In this document: piece after piece, positions 9,197 to 18,393 of the stretch | How positions within the stretch are numbered: position 1 is the stretch's first letter | Layout of the letters: each line of letters opens with the position of its first letter | Assembly: GCA_963708075.1 (NCBI GenBank) | Contig: OY970194.1 | Location: 3,200,001 to 3,264,000, forward strand | From: Sedimentisphaerales bacterium | Lineage (GTDB): Bacteria; Planctomycetota; Phycisphaerae; Sedimentisphaerales; Anaerobacaceae | DNA: 64,000 bases | Direction of reading: 5' to 3' | Program-made: the position numbers and the translations under genes | The notes under the pieces: model-generated | What the model was told of the DNA's origin: nothing | Seen by the model: only the letters and a program-made list of their open reading frames with translations | The model's database searches: none

Positions 9197-11314
9197 TCAT
9201 TGGCTGTCGTAGAAGACGAGTTCCTCGCCCTGCTTGTAGTACTTCGGGCCGGTGCCAATCAGTTGGTTGTCGTCCAGGAACAGGTTCTGACAGTCGTTGT
9301 ACAAAAGGATGTGATAGCTGCGGGCCTCGACGGTGTTATCGTGGACACGGCCGCCGGATGCGATATGCAAACTCATGCCGCGGTACGCGCTCATGATCGT
9401 GTTGCCGTAGATCTCTGTGTCCTCGCCGTTGACGCCCAGCGCGTATTGGCTGACGCTGCGGGACATGTCCAGATGGTTATTCGCGACCGCGACACCGCGC
9501 AACGCGGCAGATGCCCCTTTCTCAAGACGAATACCGGAATACCGCGTGGCAATACTGTTGCCGCTGACAAGAAGGCCATGACAGCCCCGAACGACCCGAA
9601 CGCCATACCACCCTTCTATCGTATTGTTGAGTACATAGATCTCATTCGGCTCCTTGCCCGCCGCATCATTGCCCACAATGAGGACGCCCTCGCCGTCATT
9701 CGCGGCCGTTTTCAGGGTGTTGTCTACAATCCATACTCTGTCCGCGCCAAGCACGCCATCCCCGTTAATCAGCACTGTACACACGTACCCTGCATCTGCT
9801 ATTTTCACGAAGTTGCCCTCGAAGCGGATATCGCTGGAGCGACTGATGCGGCAACCCATGTAGTTACACTCCTCCAGCGTATTATTCGTGATTCCGACAT
9901 CACGATTGTTGTTGTAGAGGTCGATCGCGGCGCCCTGGTGATGACCACCGTGATCCGCCCCACAGTATCTGAGCAGATTGCCATCGATGGTGCTCTGGCT
10001 GACGGCTGAGAGGTAGATGCCAACGACACCATGGTCCATGTCCGCAGGGGCATCGTGATCGAACGCACAGCCCCGCACTGCAAGATGACTGCAACCGGCA
10101 GCACGGATATCCTTGACCGCCCACTCGGTGGGGTTGCCCTCCACTTTGCCGCTGAAGTAACAGTTCTCGATGGAAATGTAGCTCCCCCGATAGACGTCCA
10201 CGCCGCACTCAAACAGATTGATGAACCGGCAGTCCCTGATTTGCAGGTTGCTGACCGGCGTCGCGTAGATGCCTCGTTTCGTGATGGGCACCCCGGGATT
10301 GCCCTGGTTGGCTCCATTCATGTCGAATGTGAGGTTCTCGATGGAGATATCGTTCTGCCCCGTGATGCTGAGAATGCTGCCGACAGCGCGGTCCCTGAGT
10401 TTCAGGGTGCTGCCGTCGTCGCCCTTTAGAATCGTCCCGCGGTCCGCTCGCAGACCATCGACGATATACGTGCCTCTCCGCAGTAACACGGTGCCGTCAC
10501 CAATAGCATCAATCGCCGCCTGGATCGTGGCTGTATCATCCGTCGATCCATTGCCGGTGGCGCCCCACCACTTCGGATACACCGTGCCCGATTCCGTAAA
10601 GCGAATGGTTACGCCGGATCCGAAAACCTGCTGGCAGGCTTCCGCGCTCACATTGGCGGGACTATGGATCGTCAACGTCGTGGCGCCGGCGGCCGAGATC
10701 TTGCACCCAGACTTGAACTGATAGTACACCCCCGGCCCCGTCGTCCTATTGGCCGAGATGGTGCAGTTTGTGTCAATCCAGACAGTGTATGAGCCGGACA
10801 AGCCCTGCGCATCGAGCAAGGCATCCAGATCGTGCGACCATTTGGAGACTTTGCAGACCGCTGAGGGAGTTACGGCGGCCGTGCCCGCGCTGGGCCGCCA
10901 GGCTCGTGCCCGGTCGAGTGCGGCGTCGGCCGCATTGCCGAACGCCAATTTACTCTCCGTGCCAGAGCCCCACGAAGTACATTCATCACCCCTCACCGCT
11001 GGCTCTGATCGCTCGGCGGCTGGAGAGACGCCGTCACGTCCGAGGTCTTCCGCCATGTTGTTTGACATGCGACCGCCTGCAGAGAACAGTTCAGTCAGAC
11101 CGCCAGGCGCTTTCCGGGCCACATCGGGATCCTCCGCACCAGCCAAGCCCCTGGGCACATCCACAGGCGCCGGTTCAGCATTGCGCGACGGGATTCTGTC
11201 AAGTCGCGACATAAGATACGGCGAGCGCCATCGGTACTTGGGTTGAGCCATCGTGGCTTGTCCGGCGCTGATCGTGAAATAAATGACTGCTACGACAGAA
11301 ATGAGTCCTTTCAT
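9197..11314 (-). CDS. Secreted right-handed parallel beta-helix protein (pectate lyase 3 / tailspike-like)
   Basis: Signal peptide; VYPKWWGATGNGSTDDTATIQAAID...GTY beta-helix entry motif followed by many IxNNxI repeats. Confidence 0.8.
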   Translation of the reverse strand: MKGLISVVAVIYFTISAGQATMAQPKYRWRSPYLMSRLDRIPSRNAEPAPVDVPRGLAGAEDPDVARKAPGGLTELFSAGGRMSNNMAEDLGRDGVSPAAERSEPAVRGDECTSWGSGTESKLAFGNAADAALDRARAWRPSAGTAAVTPSAVCKVSKWSHDLDALLDAQGLSGSYTVWIDTNCTISANRTTGPGVYYQFKSGCKISAAGATTLTIHSPANVSAEACQQVFGSGVTIRFTESGTVYPKWWGATGNGSTDDTATIQAAIDAIGDGTVLLRRGTYIVDGLRADRGTILKGDDGSTLKLRDRAVGSILSITGQNDISIENLTFDMNGANQGNPGVPITKRGIYATPVSNLQIRDCRFINLFECGVDVYRGSYISIENCYFSGKVEGNPTEWAVKDIRAAGCSHLAVRGCAFDHDAPADMDHGVVGIYLSAVSQSTIDGNLLRYCGADHGGHHQGAAIDLYNNNRDVGITNNTLEECNYMGCRISRSSDIRFEGNFVKIADAGYVCTVLINGDGVLGADRVWIVDNTLKTAANDGEGVLIVGNDAAGKEPNEIYVLNNTIEGWYGVRVVRGCHGLLVSGNSIATRYSGIRLEKGASAALRGVAVANNHLDMSRSVSQYALGVNGEDTEIYGNTIMSAYRGMSLHIASGGRVHDNTVEARSYHILLYNDCQNLFLDDNQLIGTGPKYYKQGEELVFYDSQ

Positions 11315-11664
11315 ACTGTCCCCCCATGTCCTTACGTTGGCCGTGGGCGCCTTTCGGGCCCTATGTAGTTACTCCTCCAGCAATCCTGCATGAGCTATGT
11401 TGCCGGATGCACTCCGTCTGTCGGGCCTTGGCAGACCCATAGGATGATTGACCTCGTCCATCTGCCCCGTTGCGCAGTTCGTCGGGCCAGCGGACTGGAT
11501 GGCCCCCCATTCGTCCCTGCCTCTCATTCCCCCAATTCGATTCGGCGATGGATCGACCTGAGTCCGTCTACCAGCTTGACGTCAGGTCACTCCACGCCGA
11601 CGTGTACGCATCTTTAGCCAGGTCGTTCTCTCGGGTCAATAGGATTTCTGAGTAATGCAGCTAT

Positions 11665-13851
11665 TTACTCGTCCACAAGATCGATGACACAACGAAAGCT
11701 GATTGTCGCACAGCGGTCCAGGCCGGGCCACATCAGCAGGAACTTTGCGGCGAAGTCACAAGGCTGCGGCCCACCGTCGGCGTACCAGTCGGAGCCATTG
11801 GCCTTGTACCAGGAACCGCCTTTGGGGATGCAGAAGCGAGTCCGGCCGTCGCTGCGCTCGCTCTCGGTCCACTCCCAGGTATTGCCGCACATGTCATAGC
11901 AGCCGAAGGGCGAGCGGCCCTGCGGGAAGGTGGTGACGGCCGTCGTCCCTCCCCTGCCGCCATCGTTGCAGCGACCCCGCTCCCACTCATTGCCCCAGGG
12001 ATAGGTGCGCCCATCGGCACCCTGTGCGGCGTACTGCCATTCTTCCTCCGTGGGTAATCGCTTACCCGCCCACCGGGCATAGGCCCGCGCGTCCTCCAGA
12101 TCGACGTACACCACCGGGTGATCCTCCAGGCCAGGCGGGACTTCACCGTGGTTCCAGTGCTTGAGGAAATTCTCTCTGTCCCGTGGCACATACCCGGTCT
12201 GCGCAAGAAACCGGGCGTATTGGGCATTCGTCACGGGCGTCAGGTCAATCGCATAGGGCCCCAGAGAGACATCCCGCTCGAAGCGGACAGACTTGTGCAG
12301 GTCACGGCTGGGTTGTGCTGTCTGTCCCGCGACGCTGTAGAACCCGCATTCGCGGTTCCTGTACTGCGTTCGCATCCGCAGATCCGTAGCTCCAATGGCC
12401 ACCATGCCGGCAGGAATCTCATCCCTACCATATCTCCTCGTGGGCTCCCTGGTCTGCAGCCTCTCCTCAAGACCCGGGGAGGACGCATTCCAGTCGGCCT
12501 GGCGATCCATCGTCGCCTGGCGAGCAAGGAACGTCTGAAAATCCACGCCGAGAGCCTCCGCTGTCCCTGCAACGAAGGCCCCAATGCCGCGAGGCCGGAT
12601 AGAGCCATCGAGTGACACTTCATTGTCATCAACGCGGCCGCACTCGCGCCCGGCTATGAGATCGAAGTAGTGCTGTCCCCGGACATGTGGTACCCTCAGC
12701 AGCGTGCCCTCCACGCGCAGGTTGGAGCGATTCACGAGCGTCCACAGGCGAACTCCGTCGGCCTGCCACAGACTTGTGTATGCGTTCGCGTGCTCCGTGG
12801 GTACCAAAGGCATCCAGCGCTCCCCGGAGAACAACGAGACGTACCGCCGCTGAATCGGCAGCATTGAGCGCAGGATGGAGCGGTCGCGCGGGCTCCAGCC
12901 GACCCGCGAGCCGAAGACGTTTTCCCATACGAGCATGCCGCTGCCGTTCATCCAGGCCATGTGCAGCTCGCCGGTGTGGTCATGGTTCCATCGCTGGATC
13001 TGGTGCATCATGTGCCGCCGCTCGAACCACTTGTTCCAGAGCACGCCGGGGGCCTCGCTGTCCGTGAACCACTGGGCCCAGGACATGTGATGATCCGCGA
13101 TCCGCTCCACCGGCAGTGTCAGCTCCGACTCCAGGACCACCCCCGGCTTCACAGCGTCCAGCCTGTCGCGAAGCTCCTGCATCCCTTCATGGAGCGTGTC
13201 GAGGAATATGCCATCCGCGTCGATCGCCTTGACCATCTCCGCCAGCATCTCAACATCGGACTTGCCCTCCCGCCGCGTCCCCGTATCCCACGGATTGTAG
13301 TCGATGAAGACCTTGACGCCGCGCCCATGCATAGTGCGACTCAACTCGCGCAGCCCCTCCAACCCACCCGGCATGTCCCGATAGAAATCGAACTGATTGC
13401 GCTCGTCAAACCCGATCCGTGGATACGCGTGCCAGAGCACAATCGCATCATAGCCCCCGAATTCCTTCACCCCCTCCTCCAGAAATGAATCGATCGTGTA
13501 GCGCCCGCCCGCACGATCATAGAACTTCTGATCATACATCATGGCAAAGCAACAACAGTAGCAAGCCGGCACCCACCCAAAAGCCTCGTTCTGATAGGAC
13601 CCGCCATCATACCCCAGTCGCTCCCGCAGCTTCTGCCGCTCCGCCCAGAGCCCCTCTCGCCAAGCCTCCCGCTTCCCCGCCTCCAACGGGGCCTCTGTCA
13701 ACGGCTTGACGTCCACCACAGCAGTCGCCTGAGACGCAGCGTCCCCAGCTCGACCGGACTCACTGTCTGCCACAGCGAACGCCGCGATCCCCACGATAAT
13801 TGCCGACAGAGGCAACTGCATCGTCTTCCCAAGCCCGGGCACCATCCTCAT
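11665..13851 (-). CDS. SUMF1/EgtB/PvdO (FGE-fold) family protein with N-terminal GH-like TIM-barrel region
   Basis: C-terminal VTNAQY, HPVVYV, KRLPTEEEWQYAA, YPWG, DMCGNTWEW, GGSW and SFRC motifs. N-terminal LWHAYPRIG, DYNPWD, DGIFLDT. Signal-like N-terminus. Confidence 0.8.
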   Translation of the reverse strand: MRMVPGLGKTMQLPLSAIIVGIAAFAVADSESGRAGDAASQATAVVDVKPLTEAPLEAGKREAWREGLWAERQKLRERLGYDGGSYQNEAFGWVPACYCCCFAMMYDQKFYDRAGGRYTIDSFLEEGVKEFGGYDAIVLWHAYPRIGFDERNQFDFYRDMPGGLEGLRELSRTMHGRGVKVFIDYNPWDTGTRREGKSDVEMLAEMVKAIDADGIFLDTLHEGMQELRDRLDAVKPGVVLESELTLPVERIADHHMSWAQWFTDSEAPGVLWNKWFERRHMMHQIQRWNHDHTGELHMAWMNGSGMLVWENVFGSRVGWSPRDRSILRSMLPIQRRYVSLFSGERWMPLVPTEHANAYTSLWQADGVRLWTLVNRSNLRVEGTLLRVPHVRGQHYFDLIAGRECGRVDDNEVSLDGSIRPRGIGAFVAGTAEALGVDFQTFLARQATMDRQADWNASSPGLEERLQTREPTRRYGRDEIPAGMVAIGATDLRMRTQYRNRECGFYSVAGQTAQPSRDLHKSVRFERDVSLGPYAIDLTPVTNAQYARFLAQTGYVPRDRENFLKHWNHGEVPPGLEDHPVVYVDLEDARAYARWAGKRLPTEEEWQYAAQGADGRTYPWGNEWERGRCNDGGRGGTTAVTTFPQGRSPFGCYDMCGNTWEWTESERSDGRTRFCIPKGGSWYKANGSDWYADGGPQPCDFAAKFLLMWPGLDRCATISFRCVIDLVDE

Positions 13852-13998
13852 TCGTCCTGCTCCACGGTATCTTGTGCAATTGTCAACTCTGGAGACACCG
13901 ACCCATTCTGCTACAGCACCGCATCTTCCATCACAGATAGGCCCAAAGCGGAAAAAGCCAGTGTCCGGGCGCAGGGTTCCCAGCCTGATTCTCGCCGG

Positions 13999-14466
13999 TC
14001 ACCTCGGGCCGGCGCGTCGGACCTCTTCCAGGTTGGCCTTGGCCGGGGGAACATTGGCGATGAACGTGGCGATCTTCTCGCAAGGGTAGTCGTCGCACAG
14101 GGCACAGTTGGCCACCTTGCGGGCCAGGCCGCACTTACGGATCTCGCATTCGGCGCAGTGACCGATGTGCACGCCCTTGACCTTCAGGCAGCCTACGCAG
14201 TTGATATCTTCGGGCTTGAGGGCGACGTTGAACTGCTTGGACCACTCCGCGGCGGTCTTGACCCGCAGGGCCTGATCGTCGGTCTTGCGGGCGATGAACG
14301 CGGGGCACGCCGCACAGTCCAGCCCACACATGGCAAGTGTCTTTGTAGTTCGCTTGTTCTGCTCCATGCAACCTGCTCCCATCACGCCCCCGGCGGCGAC
14401 GGAGACCGCGGTGGTTGCCAGAAGATCACGCCGCGACAGATTTGAGCGGTTCCGTTGCATCTTCAT
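13999..14466 (-). CDS. DUF3795 Cys-rich protein with Tat/lipoprotein signal
   Basis: GAGGAG RBS before ATG 14466; LSRRDLL twin-arginine motif; AGC lipobox; CGLDCAAC, CVGC, CAECEIRKC and NCALCDDYPC motifs. Confidence 0.8.
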   Translation of the reverse strand: MKMQRNRSNLSRRDLLATTAVSVAAGGVMGAGCMEQNKRTTKTLAMCGLDCAACPAFIARKTDDQALRVKTAAEWSKQFNVALKPEDINCVGCLKVKGVHIGHCAECEIRKCGLARKVANCALCDDYPCEKIATFIANVPPAKANLEEVRRAGPR

Positions 14467-14591
14467 GCTCCTCAAAACGCACAGTAGCCTGTGAGTCAAC
14501 GACGAGATTGTAGGGCCGGGCCAACGAAAAAGCAAATGGGAATGGGCCAGGGCAGAGGGTGGGCATAGTCCGCCTGGCGATTTGATAGTGG

Positions 14592-14640
14592 AAAAGCCCG
14601 GGTGGCATCAGCAAGCTGCCGCTTGTCCCTGCCACCCGGG
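14592..14640 (-). terminator. Rho-independent terminator of the caspase-family gene
   Basis: CCCGGGTGGCA...TGCCACCCGGG 11-bp stem followed by CTTTT on the minus strand. Confidence 0.7.
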
Positions 14641-14694
14641 TCTATGACACATGAGCAACTGGATATCACTCGACAGGTATCGCCCCAGCGACCT

Positions 14695-15648
14695 CTATGG
14701 CAGCAGATCGTACAGGAAGCTGTCGCCGATCACCGGGCTATCCTCAACACAGTTGGCCTTGGCGTAGTCGAATGCCTCCTCGATAGTCACCAGGGGAGGA
14801 TTGGACAGTACACCAATGTCGGCGTAGTCGTGTACATTCGCTACGCCTGTCGACATACCCTCGGCAAGGTAATAACTGAACTCTCCCTGGCCCCCGCCCC
14901 AGTCGGGACCTTCGTAGGCATCAGCCCTCTCGCCCGCGGCCATGAGGAGCACCCGGCCCGGTGCCAGAAGATCGTTCATTCCACCCGCCATGCACATGTC
15001 GAAGATGAAGATGACCCGGCTGGTTGGGAAATTGCGGAAGGCGACTTCTAACTCGCCGTCCCAGATCGGTTCGTAATCAGCGAACGGATCGGTATTAGAG
15101 GGGAGCGGATTCACGACGATAGCCTCATCCACCTTCTCCCTGTCGCCGTCCATGGCGTCGCCGCTCATGCCATGGCCGCTGTAAAAGAAGACCACTTCAT
15201 CGGCCGAGCTTGCCAGTGCCCGTATCCTGTCAATCGCGTCCAGGACACTCTCGCGGGTCGCATTCTTATCTATCAGCGTGGTGATGTCGTCGAAGCCGTA
15301 AATGCTGCTCAGAACCTCTGTCGTGACAACGGCATCGTCGTCGGCATAGTCGAGGTCATTCAGCGCCCCGGGATAGTCGGAAATACCGATGACGATGGCG
15401 TACCTGGTGCCGCCACATTGTGCTCCGAGGACTCCTGTTGCGGCTCCCGTCCTTCTCTGTCCGCTGCGGGCAGCGCGCGCCTGCGCCCCCTGCAACGTGA
15501 TTTTCGGTACGAGGACAATGTCGGTCGCAGGTACAGGCTTGTGTGGATTGGGTTTGTCCGGCTTGGCGCCGAGAGTCCCGATACCGAGCAGTAGCAAAGT
15601 GGCCGATGTGACTGTGACTGCGAGGAAAAATCCCTTCGAGGTGCCCAT
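14695..15648 (-). CDS. Secreted caspase-family (peptidase C14) protein
   Basis: RYAIVIGISDY, catalytic His in FFYSGHG, catalytic Cys in IFDMCMAG; hydrophobic signal peptide after ATG 15648 (GGGAGAAG RBS). Confidence 0.85.
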   Translation of the reverse strand: MGTSKGFFLAVTVTSATLLLLGIGTLGAKPDKPNPHKPVPATDIVLVPKITLQGAQARAARSGQRRTGAATGVLGAQCGGTRYAIVIGISDYPGALNDLDYADDDAVVTTEVLSSIYGFDDITTLIDKNATRESVLDAIDRIRALASSADEVVFFYSGHGMSGDAMDGDREKVDEAIVVNPLPSNTDPFADYEPIWDGELEVAFRNFPTSRVIFIFDMCMAGGMNDLLAPGRVLLMAAGERADAYEGPDWGGGQGEFSYYLAEGMSTGVANVHDYADIGVLSNPPLVTIEEAFDYAKANCVEDSPVIGDSFLYDLLP

Positions 15649-15804
15649 CACGCTTCTCCCTTCCGGCCCGAGAGCCTCAATGCCTGCGGGCCAATAAACC
15701 ATCCTTGTTGATGCGATGAAGCTGTCAGTAAGTATCGGTCGCGGGCGCCGAGTTTCTTTAGCAGCGCATAGAAGAGCGCATCCATGCGAGCGGCTGGGTC
15801 ACAG

Positions 15805-16033
15805 ACCATGGCGACCAACAGCATGCGGAAGTGCCACCCGGCGGGATGCCGGGATGCTCCCGGATCTGCGCGTAGAGCATCCGGCAGCGATCTTTGATGA
15901 ACCGATCGAAGCCGTGCTCATCCAACAATCGATTGAGCCGCGAGCAAAAGGGAGGGCTGCGAGAAGTGACAATTTCGGCTGTGTTGATCCACAGGTCCTC
16001 TTGACCTTGGGATCGGCGTTTACTCACCCACAT
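15805..16033 (-). mobile_element. Truncated, frameshifted IS transposase remnant (IS1182/IS5-like N-terminus)
   Basis: MWVSKRRSQGQEDLWINTAEI..PFCSRLNRLLDEHGFDRFIKDRCRMLYA...PGIPPG then, after a frameshift, HFRMLLV. GGAGG RBS at 16040-16044. Confidence 0.7.
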
Positions 16034-16292
16034 AGATATCCTCCATGACATCTTGGCCAGACAGTATCCATGCTGACAGGCCATGCCAACAGAAAAATGC
16101 CCGCGAAAGAAATTTTTCCACGAGTGGATAGCCCCATGTGGGCAGTCTTGCTCGTATGTAAGACCCGCGACGGTCCGGTGAACGCCTCGTGCACGTCCAA
16201 GCGTCACCAAAGACCCTTTTTATAGGCGGTTTGCGATCTTCTTTCAGGGCCATCGCAAAATTGGCACACTCCCTAGTTTTCCCATTTTCCCC

Positions 16293-16322
16293 TTGACAAG
16301 GACCCCCCAAAAATGCTATATT
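16293..16322 (+). promoter_or_regulatory. Sigma70-type promoter (TTGACA-18-TATATT, extended -10)
   Basis: TTGACA 16293-16298; TGc-TATATT 16314-16322; conserved in the second copy. Confidence 0.75.
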
Positions 16323-16336
16323 AACTCTTATCAATA

Positions 16337-16470
16337 CTGAAGCACAAAGGAGAGTGACGGCTGGATGCCGAGCAATCGATGGTGCTTCAGGGGGGGGCCC
16401 CAATTTCCTACATGGAAGCCACTGAAAGTTCCCACTTCTGCCAAGGCAGAGTGGCATTAGAAGTAACTAA
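16337..16470 (+). ncRNA. Candidate structured 5' leader RNA, copy 1
   Basis: Stems CTGAAGCAC/GTGCTTCAG, CGGC/GCCG and CCAC(T)TCTGC/GCAGAGTGG are preserved in copy 2 with compensatory or wobble changes. Confidence 0.5.
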
Positions 16471-16497
16471 AAAACACACTTGGTTAGGAGGTATGTG

Positions 16498-17031
16498 ATG
16501 AGAAGCTCTAGAAGTCTAGTCATGTTGGTCGCCGCGTTGGCTGTCCTTGCAGTGCCTGTTTGCAGTACTTTTGCAGGTTCCGGCAAACCCAGAGCCATCG
16601 TTGACGCAGGTCTCTTCGGTCTGCCGACGGATGTCTTCCCTGGCACAAAGTACGTAAACAGCCACACCGCTGAAGCCGAGCTCATGGGCGCCGAGGGCTC
16701 CTTCACAGTGGGCCAGCCAATGAGTATGGACTGGGTGGGCATCTGGGTCGCCGTTGGCGGGCTGATCCCCAACGCTACGTACAGAGCCTACCTCGATCAA
16801 ACCGGCATCACTCCCGGCGACCTTAGCACAGCCGGCCCCTGCCAGTTGAAGGGCACCTTCACCACGGACGCATCGGGAAACGGCGTGTTCTACTATGAAG
16901 TACTGGATCTGACCCCGGGCACCTATGCGTGGTCCCTGTACATCAACAAGATCGCTTATGACAGGAACGGCAAGCTGGTGGTGAATCACACGGTCCTGAT
17001 CAGCGAGAACCTGGACTTCACGATCGAGTAA
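16498..17031 (+). CDS. Secreted hypothetical beta-rich protein, paralogue 1
   Basis: AGGAGG RBS, signal peptide; GLIPNATYRAYLD, AGPC, FTTDA, GTY.W..YINKIAY and NHTVLIS shared with paralogue 2. Confidence 0.85.
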   Translation: MRSSRSLVMLVAALAVLAVPVCSTFAGSGKPRAIVDAGLFGLPTDVFPGTKYVNSHTAEAELMGAEGSFTVGQPMSMDWVGIWVAVGGLIPNATYRAYLDQTGITPGDLSTAGPCQLKGTFTTDASGNGVFYYEVLDLTPGTYAWSLYINKIAYDRNGKLVVNHTVLISENLDFTIE

Positions 17032-17079
17032 CAGAACTTGGACCATATGCCGTAATAAGTAACGGCAGTTGTATAAAAC

Positions 17080-17116
17080 AAGGGGCTGCACAGCAAATGT
17101 GCAGCCCCTTCTTTTT
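17080..17116 (+). terminator. Rho-independent terminator
   Basis: AAGGGGCTGCACA-gcaaa-TGTGCAGCCCCTT followed by CTTTTT. Confidence 0.85.
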
Positions 17117-17182
17117 GCCCACGGATGCCACGGATCCGTTTCGCTTCTTGGTATAGGCCTACGGGACCGGTACTGCGCCAAG

Positions 17183-17359
17183 TCATTTGCTGCGATCTCT
17201 GACGAGGTCTCCGAACGGGCTGATCGCGTCATATTTGTCCTGCGAAGTCGTATGCATGATGCCGACCGCCTGTGGCGTCCCGTTTATCGCATTGAGCCAG
17301 CCGCGAGGATTCTTCAGCGTGCCACCATCGTAGCAGGCACCGACCAGGGTCCTGAACCC
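17183..17359 (-). pseudogene. Orphan 3' gene fragment
   Basis: Open frame without a proper start: GFRTLVGACYDGGTLKNPRGWLNAINGTPQAVGIMHTTSQDKYDAISPFGDLVRDRSK*. It resembles the C-terminal 'G.MYTTW..KY' end of planctomycete GH-like proteins (from memory, unverified). Confidence 0.45.
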
Positions 17360-17366
17360 GCGTTCA

Positions 17367-17490
17367 TCACGCTTCTCCCTTCCGGCCCGAGGGCATCAAT
17401 GCCCAAGGACCTATAAAAACCATCATTCTGCAGAAGCGATGAAGCTGTTGGGTAGTTCAGCGGCGGGTGGCCAATTTCTTTAACCAGCGA
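17367..17490 (-). repeat. Second copy of the caspase-gene upstream/RBS region
   Basis: catcacgcttctcccttccggcccgag...tcaatgcc...aaaccatc...gcgatgaagctgt...tttcttta matches 15646-15770. Confidence 0.8.
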
Positions 17491-17657
17491 GGCGAAGATT
17501 TCTTCATGCATTAAACTCAAAGGCGACTTGGCGAATTCCCCACTCCCACGCGCGGGCACGTGGATAAGCCTTGCCGGAGACACCTTTCGCGGGCGATTCG
17601 AGGCACTTCCCCAAATGCCCCCACCACTGCATGTCCCCCAGTTTTCCCATTTTTCCC

Positions 17658-17688
17658 TTGACAAGGCCCCCTGTAGAATTGCTATACT
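17658..17688 (+). promoter_or_regulatory. Sigma70-type promoter (TTGACA-19-TATACT, extended -10)
   Basis: TTGACA 17658-17663; TGc-TATACT 17680-17688. Confidence 0.7.
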
Positions 17689-17700
17689 GACGCTGAGGCA

Positions 17701-17833
17701 CTGAGGCACGAAGGAGACTGGCGGCTTGATGCCGATCAATCGATGGTGCTTCAGGGGGGCCCATAGTTACCTGCATGGAAGCCACTGAAAGTACCCGCTC
17801 CTGCGAAGGCAGGGTGGCAATAGAAGTAATTGA
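17701..17833 (+). ncRNA. Candidate structured 5' leader RNA, copy 2
   Basis: CTGAGGCAC/GTGCTTCAG, CGGC/GCCG and CCGC(T)CCTGC-gaag-GCAGGGTGG stems. Confidence 0.5.
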
Positions 17834-17859
17834 AATACTCTTTGGTTAGGAGGTATGTG

Positions 17860-18393
17860 ATGAGAAGCTATCGAACTCTAATCATGTTGGCTGTTGTATT
17901 GGCCGCACTGGCAGTGCCCGTCTGCATTACAGTCGCTGCGCCCAAGCCCAAGGCCGTTGTTGACGCAGGCGTCATCGCACCGGCCCTCACTGTCTTCCCG
18001 GACACGAAGTACAACAACGCCCACACACAGGAAGCCTACGACATGGGTGCCACGGGATCCTTCATCGTGGAGCAGGCGGCGAGCGCCAAATTCGTGGTTG
18101 TTCAGTTCTCGGTGGCTGGACTGTTGCCGAATGCTACGTACAGAGCCTACCTCGATGGAAACGGGATCACTGCCGGCAACGTTGCCACAGCCGGCCCCTG
18201 CACGTTGGTCAATACCTTCACGACGGATGCCGACGGCGTTGCCGATTGGTACTATGAAACAGGAGCCTTGTCCACGGGCACCTATCAGTGGGCTGTGTAC
18301 ATCAACAAGATCGCCTACTATCCTGACACCACCAAGTTGTCCGTGAATCACACGGTCCTGATCAGCGACAATCTCAACTTCACGGTCAACTAA
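17860..18393 (+). CDS. Secreted hypothetical beta-rich protein, paralogue 2
   Basis: AGGAGG RBS, signal peptide, collinear similarity to 16498-17031. Confidence 0.85.
   Translation: MRSYRTLIMLAVVLAALAVPVCITVAAPKPKAVVDAGVIAPALTVFPDTKYNNAHTQEAYDMGATGSFIVEQAASAKFVVVQFSVAGLLPNATYRAYLDGNGITAGNVATAGPCTLVNTFTTDADGVADWYYETGALSTGTYQWAVYINKIAYYPDTTKLSVNHTVLISDNLNFTVN

Noticed and set aside
8345..11314. Prophage (HK97-fold protein next to a tailspike-like gene)
   Set aside because: The shell is a cargo-linked encapsulin, the genes are convergent, and there is no terminase, portal or integrase.
11665..11830. FGE/C-type-lectin C-terminus as a diversity-generating retroelement target
   Set aside because: No template repeat differing at adenines and no reverse transcriptase in the window.
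16337..16470. Assignment of the leader to cobalamin, glycine, c-di-GMP, c-di-AMP or fluoride riboswitches
   Set aside because: Only isolated words match (GCCACTG, GGAGA, GGGGGCCCA, GATGG); the other required conserved elements are absent.
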